Position numbers and translations under genes: made by a program. Of a stretch of 64,000 bases of DNA, positions 45,684 to 54,886 are shown in pieces. Each line of letters begins with the position of its first letter. Position 1 is the first letter of the stretch. A model generated the notes under the pieces. That model did not search any database, was not told the DNA's origin, and was given only the letters and a program-made list of their open reading frames with translations. Source of the stretch: a virus (Duplodnaviria; Heunggongvirae; Uroviricota; Caudoviricetes); the IMG/VR virus record IMGVR_UViG_3300037883_000041; one strand, written 5' to 3'.

Positions 45684-46000
45684 TCGTCTCTCGCAGGCAG
45701 AAAAGCAAAGGCATTGCCGTTATCATCCAGCGGCATGATCGCATACTCGACCTTATACTGCTCGTTCGGATCTTGCGGGTTCCTCTTCAGCCCGAAGCAG
45801 ATCAAAACGATCTTGTTGGCGTAAGGAACCTTGTCAGACTCCACCACCTTCACGTCCATGTTACTCCACTCCGTCCCATGTATCACCGAGATTTCGTTGT
45901 GGTAGTCCTGAAACGCTTTCCAGATCGCCGGAGTCGGCGAGAACGGTTCGAGTTGATCGAGCATTGCTGCTGCGATCTTTTCAGCTTCGCTACGTTCCAT
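45680..46000 (-). CDS. hypothetical protein (106 aa)
   Basis: ORF with no recognisable motifs. Confidence 0.45.
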   Translation of the reverse strand: MERSEAEKIAAAMLDQLEPFSPTPAIWKAFQDYHNEISVIHGTEWSNMDVKVVESDKVPYANKIVLICFGLKRNPQDPNEQYKVEYAIMPLDDNGNAFAFLPARDE

Positions 46001-46001
46001 G

Positions 46002-46595
46002 TCAATTCCCTCCTTGGAATTTCTTCAACAAGTCCGCCGTGGCTTGCGCGGCCTTGTCTTCCGTAATCACAGGCGTCATGAGCAAGTTCTTCACGACATG
46101 CCGTTCGAGCGATGCGATCGAATGGAAACGCGCGGCACCTTTGATCCAGCCTTTCATCCCGGTCCAACAACGATACCAGTTTATCTTGGCAGGAAACTTG
46201 TAGTTGCTGCGCATCCAGTCTTCGTGCTCGAATGCAAACATACGCAGCGTCACCGCGCGGATTTCACCCTGCGGGATTAGATGCGCGTTCTCGATACCAC
46301 CACGACTCTCGAAGACACCGTAGTCTTTGATGTGGACCAAACCAAAAGCTATCGTCGGGACCATCTTGTCGGAGACCTCGGCGTCATTGGTCGGGATCAT
46401 CATCGGCAAACAGTACCCAAAGTAATCCGACGGATCAAAGTTCTCTTCTGGATTCCGCAATCCAGATTCGACGATGAGACGATACTGCAATCGGATAGCT
46501 GTCATGAACTGCTGCAGACGGCCCTGTTTGACTCGAGCCTCCTCATCAGTTGCTGACGGCAGAAACATGACCCAGCCATGGGGTTCTTTTGCCAT
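46002..46595 (-). CDS. hypothetical protein (~197 aa; start MAKEPHGWVMF...)
   Basis: ORF. The internal ATG is preceded by ACAAGGAG and the TTACAAC motif. Confidence 0.5.
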   Translation of the reverse strand: MAKEPHGWVMFLPSATDEEARVKQGRLQQFMTAIRLQYRLIVESGLRNPEENFDPSDYFGYCLPMMIPTNDAEVSDKMVPTIAFGLVHIKDYGVFESRGGIENAHLIPQGEIRAVTLRMFAFEHEDWMRSNYKFPAKINWYRCWTGMKGWIKGAARFHSIASLERHVVKNLLMTPVITEDKAAQATADLLKKFQGGN

Positions 46596-46629
46596 CTTAT
46601 TCTCCTTGTAAAAACGTTGTAATGTTGCC

Positions 46630-47523
46630 TTAGACGCGCGCAGTAGTGATACCCAACTGGCCTTGGTATTTACCTGCGCGCTTCGCGTACGAGATCTCGC
46701 ACGAATCGCCCTTGAAGAACATGAACTGCGCAATGCCCATGTCCGCGTAGACCTTCATGGGCAGCGGCGTCTGGTTCGCGATCTCGATCACCACCTGACC
46801 TTCAAAGCCCGGTTCGATCGGCGTCACGTTGATTGCACAGCCTGCTCGTGCGTATGTCGATTTGCCGACACAGATCGCAACGACATCTTCCGGCATGCGG
46901 AAGTATTCGATCGTGTGGCCGAGCACGTAGCTGTTCGGCGGAATCAGCACGAAGTCACCTTCGCGATCCACGTACGAATGTTCCGACATGGCCAACGGAT
47001 CGATCACTGCACCATTGACGTTGGTGAAGATCTTGAACTTACGGCCCAGTCGCACGTCGTAACCCATGCTGGACGTGCCGTACGAGATGATCTTCTCCTT
47101 GATCGTGTCCCCGTCTTCTTCCAGCGGGAAACCACCATCAATTGCCTTGAGCCTCTTGTGCTGTTCCCAGTTGGGATGGTCTTTGTGCGTGACCGTGATG
47201 CGATCGCGTACTTGACCCGGTTCGAACGGATAGATCATCCGCCCCCACGTCAGCAACTGACCACGCTCGCCGTCGACGTTGTCGACCGTCGTATCCGGCA
47301 CGAAGCCCCCGCCCGCCGCGTAACCGCGCTGTTGTTCCGGCGTGAGCGGCTCGAGTTTGAACTGCTCGTAGTCTTTGAATTCGTGGCGATGTCCTGTATC
47401 CGTCGAGTACAGATCCGTGCCGATCCGAGTGTACAAATGACGCTCGGTAAAGTTACCATGGCTCACGAGCTGGTGCGTGGGCACCAGACACAATGCCCGG
47501 ATAGCCCTATCGTTCAAAATCAT
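46630..47523 (-). CDS. dcd: dCTP deaminase-like protein (297 aa; carries an extra ~100-aa insertion compared with Dcd)
   Basis: Matches E. coli Dcd recalled from memory. N-terminus MILNDRAIRAL vs MRLCDRDIEAWL. YDVRLGRKFKIF vs VDVRLGNKFRTF. C-terminal block ICVGKSTYARAGCAINVTPIEPGFEGQVVIEIAN vs [33 protein letters not shown]. Confidence 0.7.
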   Translation of the reverse strand: MILNDRAIRALCLVPTHQLVSHGNFTERHLYTRIGTDLYSTDTGHRHEFKDYEQFKLEPLTPEQQRGYAAGGGFVPDTTVDNVDGERGQLLTWGRMIYPFEPGQVRDRITVTHKDHPNWEQHKRLKAIDGGFPLEEDGDTIKEKIISYGTSSMGYDVRLGRKFKIFTNVNGAVIDPLAMSEHSYVDREGDFVLIPPNSYVLGHTIEYFRMPEDVVAICVGKSTYARAGCAINVTPIEPGFEGQVVIEIANQTPLPMKVYADMGIAQFMFFKGDSCEISYAKRAGKYQGQLGITTARV

Positions 47524-47582
47524 TTTCGGTCCTTGTTTTCTTGAAGTTCCATCACCTACACTATTGCCCTGTGGCGTAATTA

Positions 47583-47978
47583 TTACTTCAGGATCAACGG
47601 TTTGCCGCCGACAGTGATATGGTCCTTCGCCCAGTCCTTGATGAACTGCTTGAATTCCGGATCAGGACGCACATAGTGCGGCTCATTCAGGTAGTGCAGA
47701 AAGCCTTCTGGCCACGTGAAGCCAGCCAGCGTGAATTCCTTCGCGCCTACATCGCAACCGCAAAGCCGACAGATCGAGAAACCCTTGTACTGGCGGACTT
47801 CACCGAGCGGTTCAACTTCGCGTTCAGCAAGACCAAAGCCATTGGAGTTCGACATGCGCATTTGCAGCATAGTCAGTACTGCACGCAAATCAGCACCGTC
47901 CTCCCAATCACCCGAGTTGTTCTCAGGCATGGGAAGGTCGGTTTCGTGCGCGTTGTACCAGAAACCAACTCTTTTCAT
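47583..47978 (-). CDS. hypothetical protein (131 aa) with a CxxC pair
   Basis: ORF with a CRLCGCD motif. Confidence 0.45.
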   Translation of the reverse strand: MKRVGFWYNAHETDLPMPENNSGDWEDGADLRAVLTMLQMRMSNSNGFGLAEREVEPLGEVRQYKGFSICRLCGCDVGAKEFTLAGFTWPEGFLHYLNEPHYVRPDPEFKQFIKDWAKDHITVGGKPLILK

Positions 47979-47987
47979 TTGCCCTCC

Positions 47988-48359
47988 TCAGAGCTTGAAT
48001 TCGATGTCGTCCGTACTGCTCGACTTTCCGTAAGTCCGCAGGAAGTCACGGGCTTCTTCGAACGGATACTTGTACCAGTCACGACCGCCGATGTCCCAGA
48101 GTCGCTTCTGACCTTCCGGCCATTCCACCAGCCGCAGCTTACGCCAGGCGTTGTAGCCATCCAGAGAGATCGGCACTTCGTGATCTGCTGCTTTTGCTGC
48201 AGCACTCGGAATGCAGTTGAACGCGTTCTCGTCTTGCGTGCCGTCCATCCAGGGACTGCACATCTCAACGATTAGCCAGGCTACTGAGTGACCCGACGAC
48301 TCGATCATTCCGCATTCCTCATCTTCCGGAATCGCCACACTTACGTACGAACCCATCAC
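47988..48359 (-). CDS. hypothetical protein (123 aa)
   Basis: ORF with no recognisable motifs. Confidence 0.45.
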   Translation of the reverse strand: MMGSYVSVAIPEDEECGMIESSGHSVAWLIVEMCSPWMDGTQDENAFNCIPSAAAKAADHEVPISLDGYNAWRKLRLVEWPEGQKRLWDIGGRDWYKYPFEEARDFLRTYGKSSSTDDIEFKL

Positions 48360-48742
48360 GCCCCTCCTTTCAGGATCAGTGCGGCAGTGTGCAGGAAGTT
48401 GGAGTACGACACCAGCAACGTCGCGGTCAACGTCATGTGCAACTGAGCGTCGTTGTAGCCCGCCAGTGCTTCCGGTGTCATTTTCTCCTTATCGAGCGAC
48501 TCGAGATAGGTACGGAATTGCTTGAGTCCCGGACCCACTTCTTCGTGCAGATAGACTGACAGCTTCACCAGCCCATGAACCTTATCGGTCCGTTCCTCAG
48601 CCGCAACGATTGCAGCCGCTAGTGATGCAGCAGTCGGTGCCACTACACCTGCCCAAAGCTCCATCGGGAACTCCGGAGGCAGTGTGTGTTGCACATCGTC
48701 GAAGAACTGCTCGAGATTGTCCAGATTGAACTTAGGCATCAT
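48356..48742 (-). CDS. hypothetical protein (128 aa)
   Basis: ORF with no recognisable motifs. Confidence 0.45.
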   Translation of the reverse strand: MMPKFNLDNLEQFFDDVQHTLPPEFPMELWAGVVAPTAASLAAAIVAAEERTDKVHGLVKLSVYLHEEVGPGLKQFRTYLESLDKEKMTPEALAGYNDAQLHMTLTATLLVSYSNFLHTAALILKGGA

Positions 48743-49041
48743 CGCCCTCTTTGTTGTCGTGCCAGATAGTCCTGCACCCGAGCAATCTCTTCGGGCGTAG
48801 GGTCCTTGGGTAAGTCGTCATGGATCACGGGTTTCAGACGGGTCTCTTTTACGAAACCAATCCTGGTGTGGCAATGAGAGCACCAGCAATGACCGTTGGT
48901 ATTCTCTTCGAACAGTTCGTCCATGACGATACCTTCGCCAACATTCTCGAGATTGACATCACCGTCACTCAAGCGAGTCTGGTAGCGAACGTAACTCTCA
49001 CACTTCGGGCACTCAAACGTCACATCCCATACGACGCCCAT
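48739..49041 (-). CDS. zinc-finger-like hypothetical protein (100 aa; CPKC...CWCSHCH)
   Basis: Two Cys pairs. Confidence 0.45.
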   Translation of the reverse strand: MGVVWDVTFECPKCESYVRYQTRLSDGDVNLENVGEGIVMDELFEENTNGHCWCSHCHTRIGFVKETRLKPVIHDDLPKDPTPEEIARVQDYLARQQRGR

Positions 49042-50013
49042 TTATTCCTCCGTCTTGGGTGCTTTGAGCGAGTCCAACTGATGGACTTCGTCGATGATCA
49101 CAAAGTCCTTCTCGAGTTGTGCGCGCTGAAGCGGATCTTCCGTCACCGACTTCGGTACCAACACCACCTGACGATGTAACCCGCGCAGATGACGATCAAT
49201 ACCGCGCGACACGATGGACTTGCCTGACGAGTGAGTGATCTTGTCGCCGTTGCCAATGACCACATGCGTCACGTGGATCTTGCCTTCGCCGTCACGAGCA
49301 ACACTCATCTCAGCCACTGCCGGGCCTGCCGGATCGTAACCCACGATCACTTCCGGGTCATCGTACTTGAGCTTCTCCAATGAACCCAGTGCCGTGATCT
49401 TGGCGTCCTTCGGAACCAGCGGTTCGATCACGTGCGGATACATCTGGGTGAGCTCTTTGGTCGATTCGCGCATGAAGTACGACACGTGCTCTTTCGGCGT
49501 TGTATGATCGCAGACCACACCACCCATGACAAACTGGTAGGGACGGATGTAGCGAGCCGTACCGAATGTGAGACCCTGGCTGGAGCGCTTGGAGATCGGC
49601 TTGCCGAACCCGACCTTCGTGAACTGTCGCGGGTGTTCGTACGCGTCAGCCAGCCGGTAGTTCTGAATCCGGTCGATGTAGCGACGCGCATGAGCCTCCG
49701 TGGTGAATAAGAAGCTCAAGCCGATGGGTTTGTTGCTACTGACGTCAGTATGAATGCCCCAGTCCGAGCAATCGTACGTTCGCACTGAGCCGGGTTCCCA
49801 GAAGTCTTGGCCGAACTGGATCGTGAAACTCCACTCCGGTCTACAGACGCCATCTTCCATGATGACGGTACGGAAAGGCTTCTCGACCACGGTTACGCGT
49901 TCCAGATCCCGGATGCAAACGCCACTAGCCGGTAGGCGCATTGCATACACGCGCCACAACACGCGACCAACCTTGATGTCTTTGAACTGCGCACGACCTG
50001 CTTTTGTTGCCAT
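49042..50013 (-). CDS. P-loop NTPase-like protein (323 aa) with an N-terminal MATKAGR...DIKVGRVLW domain shared with two paralogs
   Basis: Degenerate Walker A THSSGKS and a clear Walker B FVIIDEVH. The N-terminal ~100 aa are similar to the products of 50038..50550 and 58370..58897. Confidence 0.45.
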   Translation of the reverse strand: MATKAGRAQFKDIKVGRVLWRVYAMRLPASGVCIRDLERVTVVEKPFRTVIMEDGVCRPEWSFTIQFGQDFWEPGSVRTYDCSDWGIHTDVSSNKPIGLSFLFTTEAHARRYIDRIQNYRLADAYEHPRQFTKVGFGKPISKRSSQGLTFGTARYIRPYQFVMGGVVCDHTTPKEHVSYFMRESTKELTQMYPHVIEPLVPKDAKITALGSLEKLKYDDPEVIVGYDPAGPAVAEMSVARDGEGKIHVTHVVIGNGDKITHSSGKSIVSRGIDRHLRGLHRQVVLVPKSVTEDPLQRAQLEKDFVIIDEVHQLDSLKAPKTEE

Positions 50014-50037
50014 TGTAATTCTCCTGTAGGGTATTGC

Positions 50038-50550
50038 TTACTGCGTGAGTTCCAGTAGCTGTTGCGGACGAACGCGGCCCGGATAGTGCTGACCCAATTG
50101 CGAGTACAACCCGCAGTAATAGCCGACCTGCGAAGAGGTGAACGTATTCGGCGCTTGGTCTTCCAGCTTCTCGTTGCCGTACGATGCGTTCAGACGCAAC
50201 AACTTCGAACCGCGCACGAAGATACGACGATCCTCGCACAGCGCTTCAATGCGATTGGATTGACGACGCTTGATGTAACGCAGCGCCGCACTACGACTGA
50301 TAAAGAGCTTGTCGAGACACGGCTCGCCCTTTTCATTGAGCGGGAAGTACTCGGGGTAGAGAATACGCCCACGGACATAGGAGTCCCAGAAGGTCCAACC
50401 GGGCTTCTCTCCGTACATCTTTCTCGCACCGTGCATCACCAGTGCAGGACGAACGGACCACGTGTCGGTGAACTCATTGAACTCAGGGTACCACAGAGTC
50501 TTGCCTTGCCGGATGTCACTGATCTCGACTCGGCCTGCTTTAGTTGCCAT
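50038..50550 (-). CDS. hypothetical protein; paralog of the N-terminal domain of the 49042..50013 gene (start MATKAGRVEISDIRQGKTLW)
   Basis: Shared N-terminal motif. ATG at 50548-50550. Confidence 0.5.
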   Translation of the reverse strand: MATKAGRVEISDIRQGKTLWYPEFNEFTDTWSVRPALVMHGARKMYGEKPGWTFWDSYVRGRILYPEYFPLNEKGEPCLDKLFISRSAALRYIKRRQSNRIEALCEDRRIFVRGSKLLRLNASYGNEKLEDQAPNTFTSSQVGYYCGLYSQLGQHYPGRVRPQQLLELTQ

Positions 50551-50779
50551 TTTTCTTGTCCTGTTCGTCAAGCCACTTCAGGTGTTCTTCGATTACTTCA
50601 CGCGGCGTGTAGATCAACAGCTTGCGCCAGGCACGCGGATCAATCGTCTTGATCTCTTTGGGTGCATGACCACAGCACTCGGAGACATAGTTCAGCCGAT
50701 CCTCGACACGCTCAGCGATGTTCTCTGGCGTGTCGGGACCTGCATGATCCAGTCCATGAAACGGATGGTAGTTTGCCAT
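50540..50779 (-). CDS. hypothetical protein (79 aa)
   Basis: ORF with no recognisable motifs. Confidence 0.4.
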   Translation of the reverse strand: MANYHPFHGLDHAGPDTPENIAERVEDRLNYVSECCGHAPKEIKTIDPRAWRKLLIYTPREVIEEHLKWLDEQDKKNGN

Positions 50780-50781
50780 GA

Positions 50782-51108
50782 TTAAGCCTCGTCAACGGGA
50801 ATGAATTCGACCACTTCGTTGCTATCGCTCACTCGCAGCAACGCCCGAGCCGCCGTACCCTTACGACCATCATCCCAGTTAAAGATCAGGCTGTAGGTGT
50901 AGCCGCGTAGAACACGACCATACGACGTGTGCATGCTCTGCACGTCAAGTAGCAGCACGCCGATAGTTGCACAATCGTCTTCATCGTGCGCGTCGATCAT
51001 GCTTCGTGCCCATCTGCGGAGCTCTTCGATCAAGCGCTGCGGAACGTTGGAGTCGACCCATTGGTTGGCTGCTTCGTCACGGGCCTTTTCGATCATCGGG
51101 TGTTCCAT
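50782..51108 (-). CDS. hypothetical protein (~108 aa)
   Basis: ORF. The internal MEHPMIEKARD start is preferred over the track start. Confidence 0.4.
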   Translation of the reverse strand: MEHPMIEKARDEAANQWVDSNVPQRLIEELRRWARSMIDAHDEDDCATIGVLLLDVQSMHTSYGRVLRGYTYSLIFNWDDGRKGTAARALLRVSDSNEVVEFIPVDEA

Positions 51109-51302
51109 TATGGCATCCCCGCAAACGAATCGAGCACCATCATCACCGGTGCGGCTTTGATCGCGGCCACGTCTTCCGGTGTCCACGGGGCAATGGGCTT
51201 GAAGAGACCTTGTTTCTCGAATCCCTCCAGCATACGCTTCTGACGACCGACGAAGTCTTCATCGTCGTAGATGACTTCGAGTTTGTCATTGACAAGAATC
51301 AT
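51108..51302 (-). CDS. hypothetical protein (~64 aa)
   Basis: ORF with no recognisable motifs. Confidence 0.35.
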   Translation of the reverse strand: MILVNDKLEVIYDDEDFVGRQKRMLEGFEKQGLFKPIAPWTPEDVAAIKAAPVMMVLDSFAGMP

Positions 51303-51730
51303 AACGGTTCCTTGTTTTCTTTGCGCCACATCTCAACCAGGATGTTAAAGCGCGTATATTGACGCATGTCGCCTGGAGCACCCAGCAACAGCTCCATCTC
51401 AAATCGACGGGCCAGACACAGATGTCCTGCGTCAAATGCTCGCAAGAGGTCCGGCGTGACTTCACGATACGGCGTCGTGTAAGCGCCTTGCAAGATGGAA
51501 CTCACACCCTGATCGATCTGCTGCTCAATCGGCCGTGACTCCAGTCGCAGATACGCTACGTCACGTTCATCCACGTAACCGAAGATGTCGAACGTCTCTT
51601 CCGAGAAGCCCTTTTCAGCGGCTTTACGACTGAGCTCGATGATCGAGTCTGTGATGTGTTCTTTGAACAACTGCGAGATGTGCAGCACTCGCACGAACTC
51701 GGGATTCTTCGGTACAGGGATGATCGCCAT
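51299..51730 (-). CDS. hypothetical protein (143 aa)
   Basis: ORF with no recognisable motifs. Confidence 0.45.
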   Translation of the reverse strand: MAIIPVPKNPEFVRVLHISQLFKEHITDSIIELSRKAAEKGFSEETFDIFGYVDERDVAYLRLESRPIEQQIDQGVSSILQGAYTTPYREVTPDLLRAFDAGHLCLARRFEMELLLGAPGDMRQYTRFNILVEMWRKENKEPL

Positions 51731-51742
51731 ACGAACGCTCTT

Positions 51743-52129
51743 CTAATGGATGGTCTGCCGAAAGGGTAACAACTCTACGATCCGTGCCGTTTCCGATAGA
51801 CGGAGAAACACTTCGGAAACATGCGTCTGCACGGTTCGGCCTTCGTAGTTATCGAAGGTCATGACAAACACATGCCCAAACTGCGGCGCGACAAAGCCCG
51901 GTACTTCGAAGAAACGAGGCTCGGTGATCGAGACGGAAATCTCCGCCAGTTCACACGGATCGTAGCGCTGTAGTTGCTTGTAGTACCATGCACCAAACGC
52001 GTCATCCAGCAATTCGGACACAACGTGATTGGCGACGTACACACGGGCGATGTAGTCGAATGCGATTCGACGAACTTGTGAAAGATCTACCACGTTTTCC
52101 TCCTCAGGTTGCGTGGTTAGAACGGCCAC
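51743..52129 (-). CDS. hypothetical protein (128 aa)
   Basis: ORF with no recognisable motifs. Confidence 0.45.
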   Translation of the reverse strand: MAVLTTQPEEENVVDLSQVRRIAFDYIARVYVANHVVSELLDDAFGAWYYKQLQRYDPCELAEISVSITEPRFFEVPGFVAPQFGHVFVMTFDNYEGRTVQTHVSEVFLRLSETARIVELLPFRQTIH

Positions 52130-52368
52130 TTGAGCGCGTCATACTCGCCCTTGAACACCTTCCATGCGATCTTCAGGCGCTGGAGTAGACAGAAGCCCTG
52201 CCACCCCATCGGTCGAGCCGGAACCCAGTGCTCGTTATCGATCGAGGTGTGCATCTCCCAGTCCTTGAACTGCTCCGGCGCATAAACAGCAGGTACGCCA
52301 CCACCATTGCTTTGCAGCTTGCGAGGCCGTGTTACCGATTTACCACGGACCATCTTAACCGTCGACAT
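52117..52368 (-). CDS. hypothetical protein (83 aa)
   Basis: ORF with no recognisable motifs. Confidence 0.4.
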   Translation of the reverse strand: MSTVKMVRGKSVTRPRKLQSNGGGVPAVYAPEQFKDWEMHTSIDNEHWVPARPMGWQGFCLLQRLKIAWKVFKGEYDALKWPF

Positions 52369-52380
52369 GCTTACACTCCT

Positions 52381-52917
52381 TTAATTGATACCGAGTTGTT
52401 TATCCATCAGTTTGCTGAACTGGGTCGCCATCGAGTCAATGTCCGACAATCCTTTCTTTCTGGTTCGGACCCACGTCGTAATGAAGGAGCGCAGAAAGTT
52501 ACCTGCGATGCGCTGCTTCCATTCAGGCGGGTTCTCATGCGCATCCCATCGACCAATCTCCCGCTCGAGAATGCTGCGACTTTCATCGTCCTCAGCAATT
52601 TCCTTCATGTGGTCTTGACCGCCAGCCAGATCACAGCTCTCCACGTATTGACGCAGAACTTTGCTGAACCGGCTGTAGGGATGGTACTTGACTGCCTTTA
52701 GCACCGTGATCGTTTCGGTTTCGAACTCGACCTTGGTCTTGCAGTGATAACAATGTGCTTCAAAGCCTGACACCAGCGCTTTGTCGAACATCGCCTGAGG
52801 GGCATTGTGCGTGGTGCAGTGACTCACGACTTTGCCATCATCGTTTTCGATCTCCACGTAACCTGCTTTACCGCATTTCGGATCAGGACACGTGAAGTAC
52901 AACAAGCTTTTAGCCAT
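52381..52917 (-). CDS. zinc-ribbon-containing hypothetical protein (178 aa; CPDPKC...CTTH...CYHC)
   Basis: Cys clusters in the N-terminal half. Confidence 0.45.
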   Translation of the reverse strand: MAKSLLYFTCPDPKCGKAGYVEIENDDGKVVSHCTTHNAPQAMFDKALVSGFEAHCYHCKTKVEFETETITVLKAVKYHPYSRFSKVLRQYVESCDLAGGQDHMKEIAEDDESRSILEREIGRWDAHENPPEWKQRIAGNFLRSFITTWVRTRKKGLSDIDSMATQFSKLMDKQLGIN

Positions 52918-53010
52918 GATGCCCTTTGACTTTAAGACTTACACTACAACCCAGGTAGTAATATATGTTTTAAAGTTCATTCGTTACCAAAAAAAGAAGG
53001 CAGACAGAAA

Positions 53011-53030
53011 GGGGAGGCCGAAGCCTCCCC
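53011..53030 (-). terminator. terminator hairpin ggggaggccgaagcctcccc
   Basis: UUCG-loop hairpin after the stop of the 53063..53479 gene. Confidence 0.5.
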
Positions 53031-53062
53031 CAACTCAGACCTTAGCCCGATAGATGCCTGCC

Positions 53063-53479
53063 TTAGTCGGCGAACGAGGCCATCACAGCGCGCACCGTCT
53101 TGTTGGCTTGCGCAGCCGGAACATCCGAAGGCAGCGTGATCGAAATCATGCGACGTTCACGATGCATCGGCGACTGCGACGGACGGCCGTCGGTGCCCGT
53201 GCCCTTAGCACGCGTAGTCTTGACCTCGACCTTCTCGAGTTCCTTGGCCGGAACGCCGAGCGTATTCAGCTGGTCATCGGCTTGCGCAGCCAGAATGGTA
53301 CGCGGTTCGATCTCGAGGACTTCGCCGAACTTCTTCGCCAAGAGCGGCGAGAATTCCATCGAGCCATCGATGAGCAGGCCGAATTCATCGGCCGAGATAG
53401 CCAGTGCTTCGACGACGGCTTCTTCCGACTTGCCCTTCATTGCTGCTTCGAGGAGCTTGACGATTGCTTTCTTTGCCAT
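53063..53479 (-). CDS. hypothetical protein (138 aa)
   Basis: ORF with no recognisable motifs. Confidence 0.45.
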   Translation of the reverse strand: MAKKAIVKLLEAAMKGKSEEAVVEALAISADEFGLLIDGSMEFSPLLAKKFGEVLEIEPRTILAAQADDQLNTLGVPAKELEKVEVKTTRAKGTGTDGRPSQSPMHRERRMISITLPSDVPAAQANKTVRAVMASFAD

Positions 53480-53515
53480 GGTGCTTTCTTTCCTTCTTTC
53501 AGTTGAGGGAACTAC

Positions 53516-54490
53516 TTAACGGTAATTCGTCGCATCGCCATTGAGGCTCTTGGGTGCGCGACGGCGGGTGGTTACAACAGCAGCATCAGCAGGCGGGGTC
53601 GCCTTGGTCGGGAGCTTCAGGTCCTTGACCGTGATCGGCTTGGCTTCCTTCTTGAGCTTCGCGATCTGCTTCTTCAACTTCGCGATTGCGTTCTCGTGAA
53701 TGATTGCCGTCGCAGCACGGTCTTGTTCCAGCTCGACGATCTTGTCAGATAGCATCGTGTTCTCGAGACGAACCTGGATTACTTCATCGCGCATCTTGGC
53801 ACTACGGCGGAACTGCAACGGCACCTTATCCGTACCGGGCTTAGGCCAGTGCATGTCAAGCACGTGGAGAATCAGATCACGCGGAATCGGTTCACGCATA
53901 CCACGACGACGGAAGGTCCAGCGCAAGGTCGACGTCCCTTCGATGTCTTGCTCCACCTGGATCATCTCCCAGCAATCGATCCAACCGCCCGATTTGTCAT
54001 CCGTGGCAAAAGCCTGCAACATCGCCCGCACCGGATCGCCATGATGCTGCACGTGCACGACGGCTTCCTGACCACCCGTGCCCAGTCCGACGATCTTATC
54101 CATCGGGTAGAAGGTGTAGATAAAGCCTTCGCCATCAAAGCGGAAGCTGTGTCGACCTTTCTCACCGACCAGCACGGCTTCGAAGACATTGCCGTTCGCG
54201 AGCAGGCCGCCGACATAGGCCATGTTAAAGTGACCGATCGCGCCGTGGATGTTACCCTGGCCGTCCATGTCAGTTTTCAGGCACTCGATCAAGCCTTCCA
54301 TCGCCGGTTGCGAACCCGTGCCGCTGTAGCCATGGACCGTATCGTCGACCACGTAGCCTTCACGCGTCGAGAGGATCTTGAACGGGAGCTCGAAGGACTT
54401 GATTTTGGTGAGGGCGTCAAGCTGCTCCGAACCTTTATACACGGTGGAGTCAGCATAAACGCGATCTTTGTAGAACAGAACGGTAGTCAT
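53516..54490 (-). CDS. proteasome/HslV-like Ntn-hydrolase domain protein with coiled-coil C-terminal extension (~324 aa)
   Basis: After Met removal the N-terminus would be TTVLFYKDRVYADSTV... (HslV starts TTIVSVRRNG...). Gly-rich VGLGTGGQEAV matches the HslV IAIGSGG region. The C-terminus is K/E-rich helical. The true ATG at 54488-54490 is preceded by the TTACA.. motif. Confidence 0.4.
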   Translation of the reverse strand: MTTVLFYKDRVYADSTVYKGSEQLDALTKIKSFELPFKILSTREGYVVDDTVHGYSGTGSQPAMEGLIECLKTDMDGQGNIHGAIGHFNMAYVGGLLANGNVFEAVLVGEKGRHSFRFDGEGFIYTFYPMDKIVGLGTGGQEAVVHVQHHGDPVRAMLQAFATDDKSGGWIDCWEMIQVEQDIEGTSTLRWTFRRRGMREPIPRDLILHVLDMHWPKPGTDKVPLQFRRSAKMRDEVIQVRLENTMLSDKIVELEQDRAATAIIHENAIAKLKKQIAKLKKEAKPITVKDLKLPTKATPPADAAVVTTRRRAPKSLNGDATNYR

Positions 54491-54514
54491 TGTAATCAAC
54501 CTGTAGTGTAGATT

Positions 54515-54877
54515 TTAGTTGTCCTTGAGCTCAGAGAACCCGGTCTCCAATTGGAGGATGGTCCCCAGTTCAGGTACGAGGAAGTCAGTGAAGTACCGCT
54601 TCCCAGTGGCGAAAAACATCTCTTCAGCGATGGGCATAAAGCCCTGGAGAAACTCGAACTGTCCGTGTTTGTGGGCAGTGATCGTTACGACACAACCTAA
54701 CTGCGATCCATTGTCCGCTGGATTCTTGTAGACGCCGTCATTGACGGTCATGACAAACTGGCGCTCACCGATCTGATGAAAGAACTCAGCGAACTTGTCC
54801 ACTGCTTCTGGATTCGCGATCAACCCACTCAGTAGCTTGATCGTGTCTACCACTGTTGCACGAACCAACCCGGACAT
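54515..54877 (-). CDS. hypothetical protein (120 aa)
   Basis: ORF with no recognisable motifs. Confidence 0.45.
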   Translation of the reverse strand: MSGLVRATVVDTIKLLSGLIANPEAVDKFAEFFHQIGERQFVMTVNDGVYKNPADNGSQLGCVVTITAHKHGQFEFLQGFMPIAEEMFFATGKRYFTDFLVPELGTILQLETGFSELKDN

Positions 54878-54886
54878 TTCTTTTCC

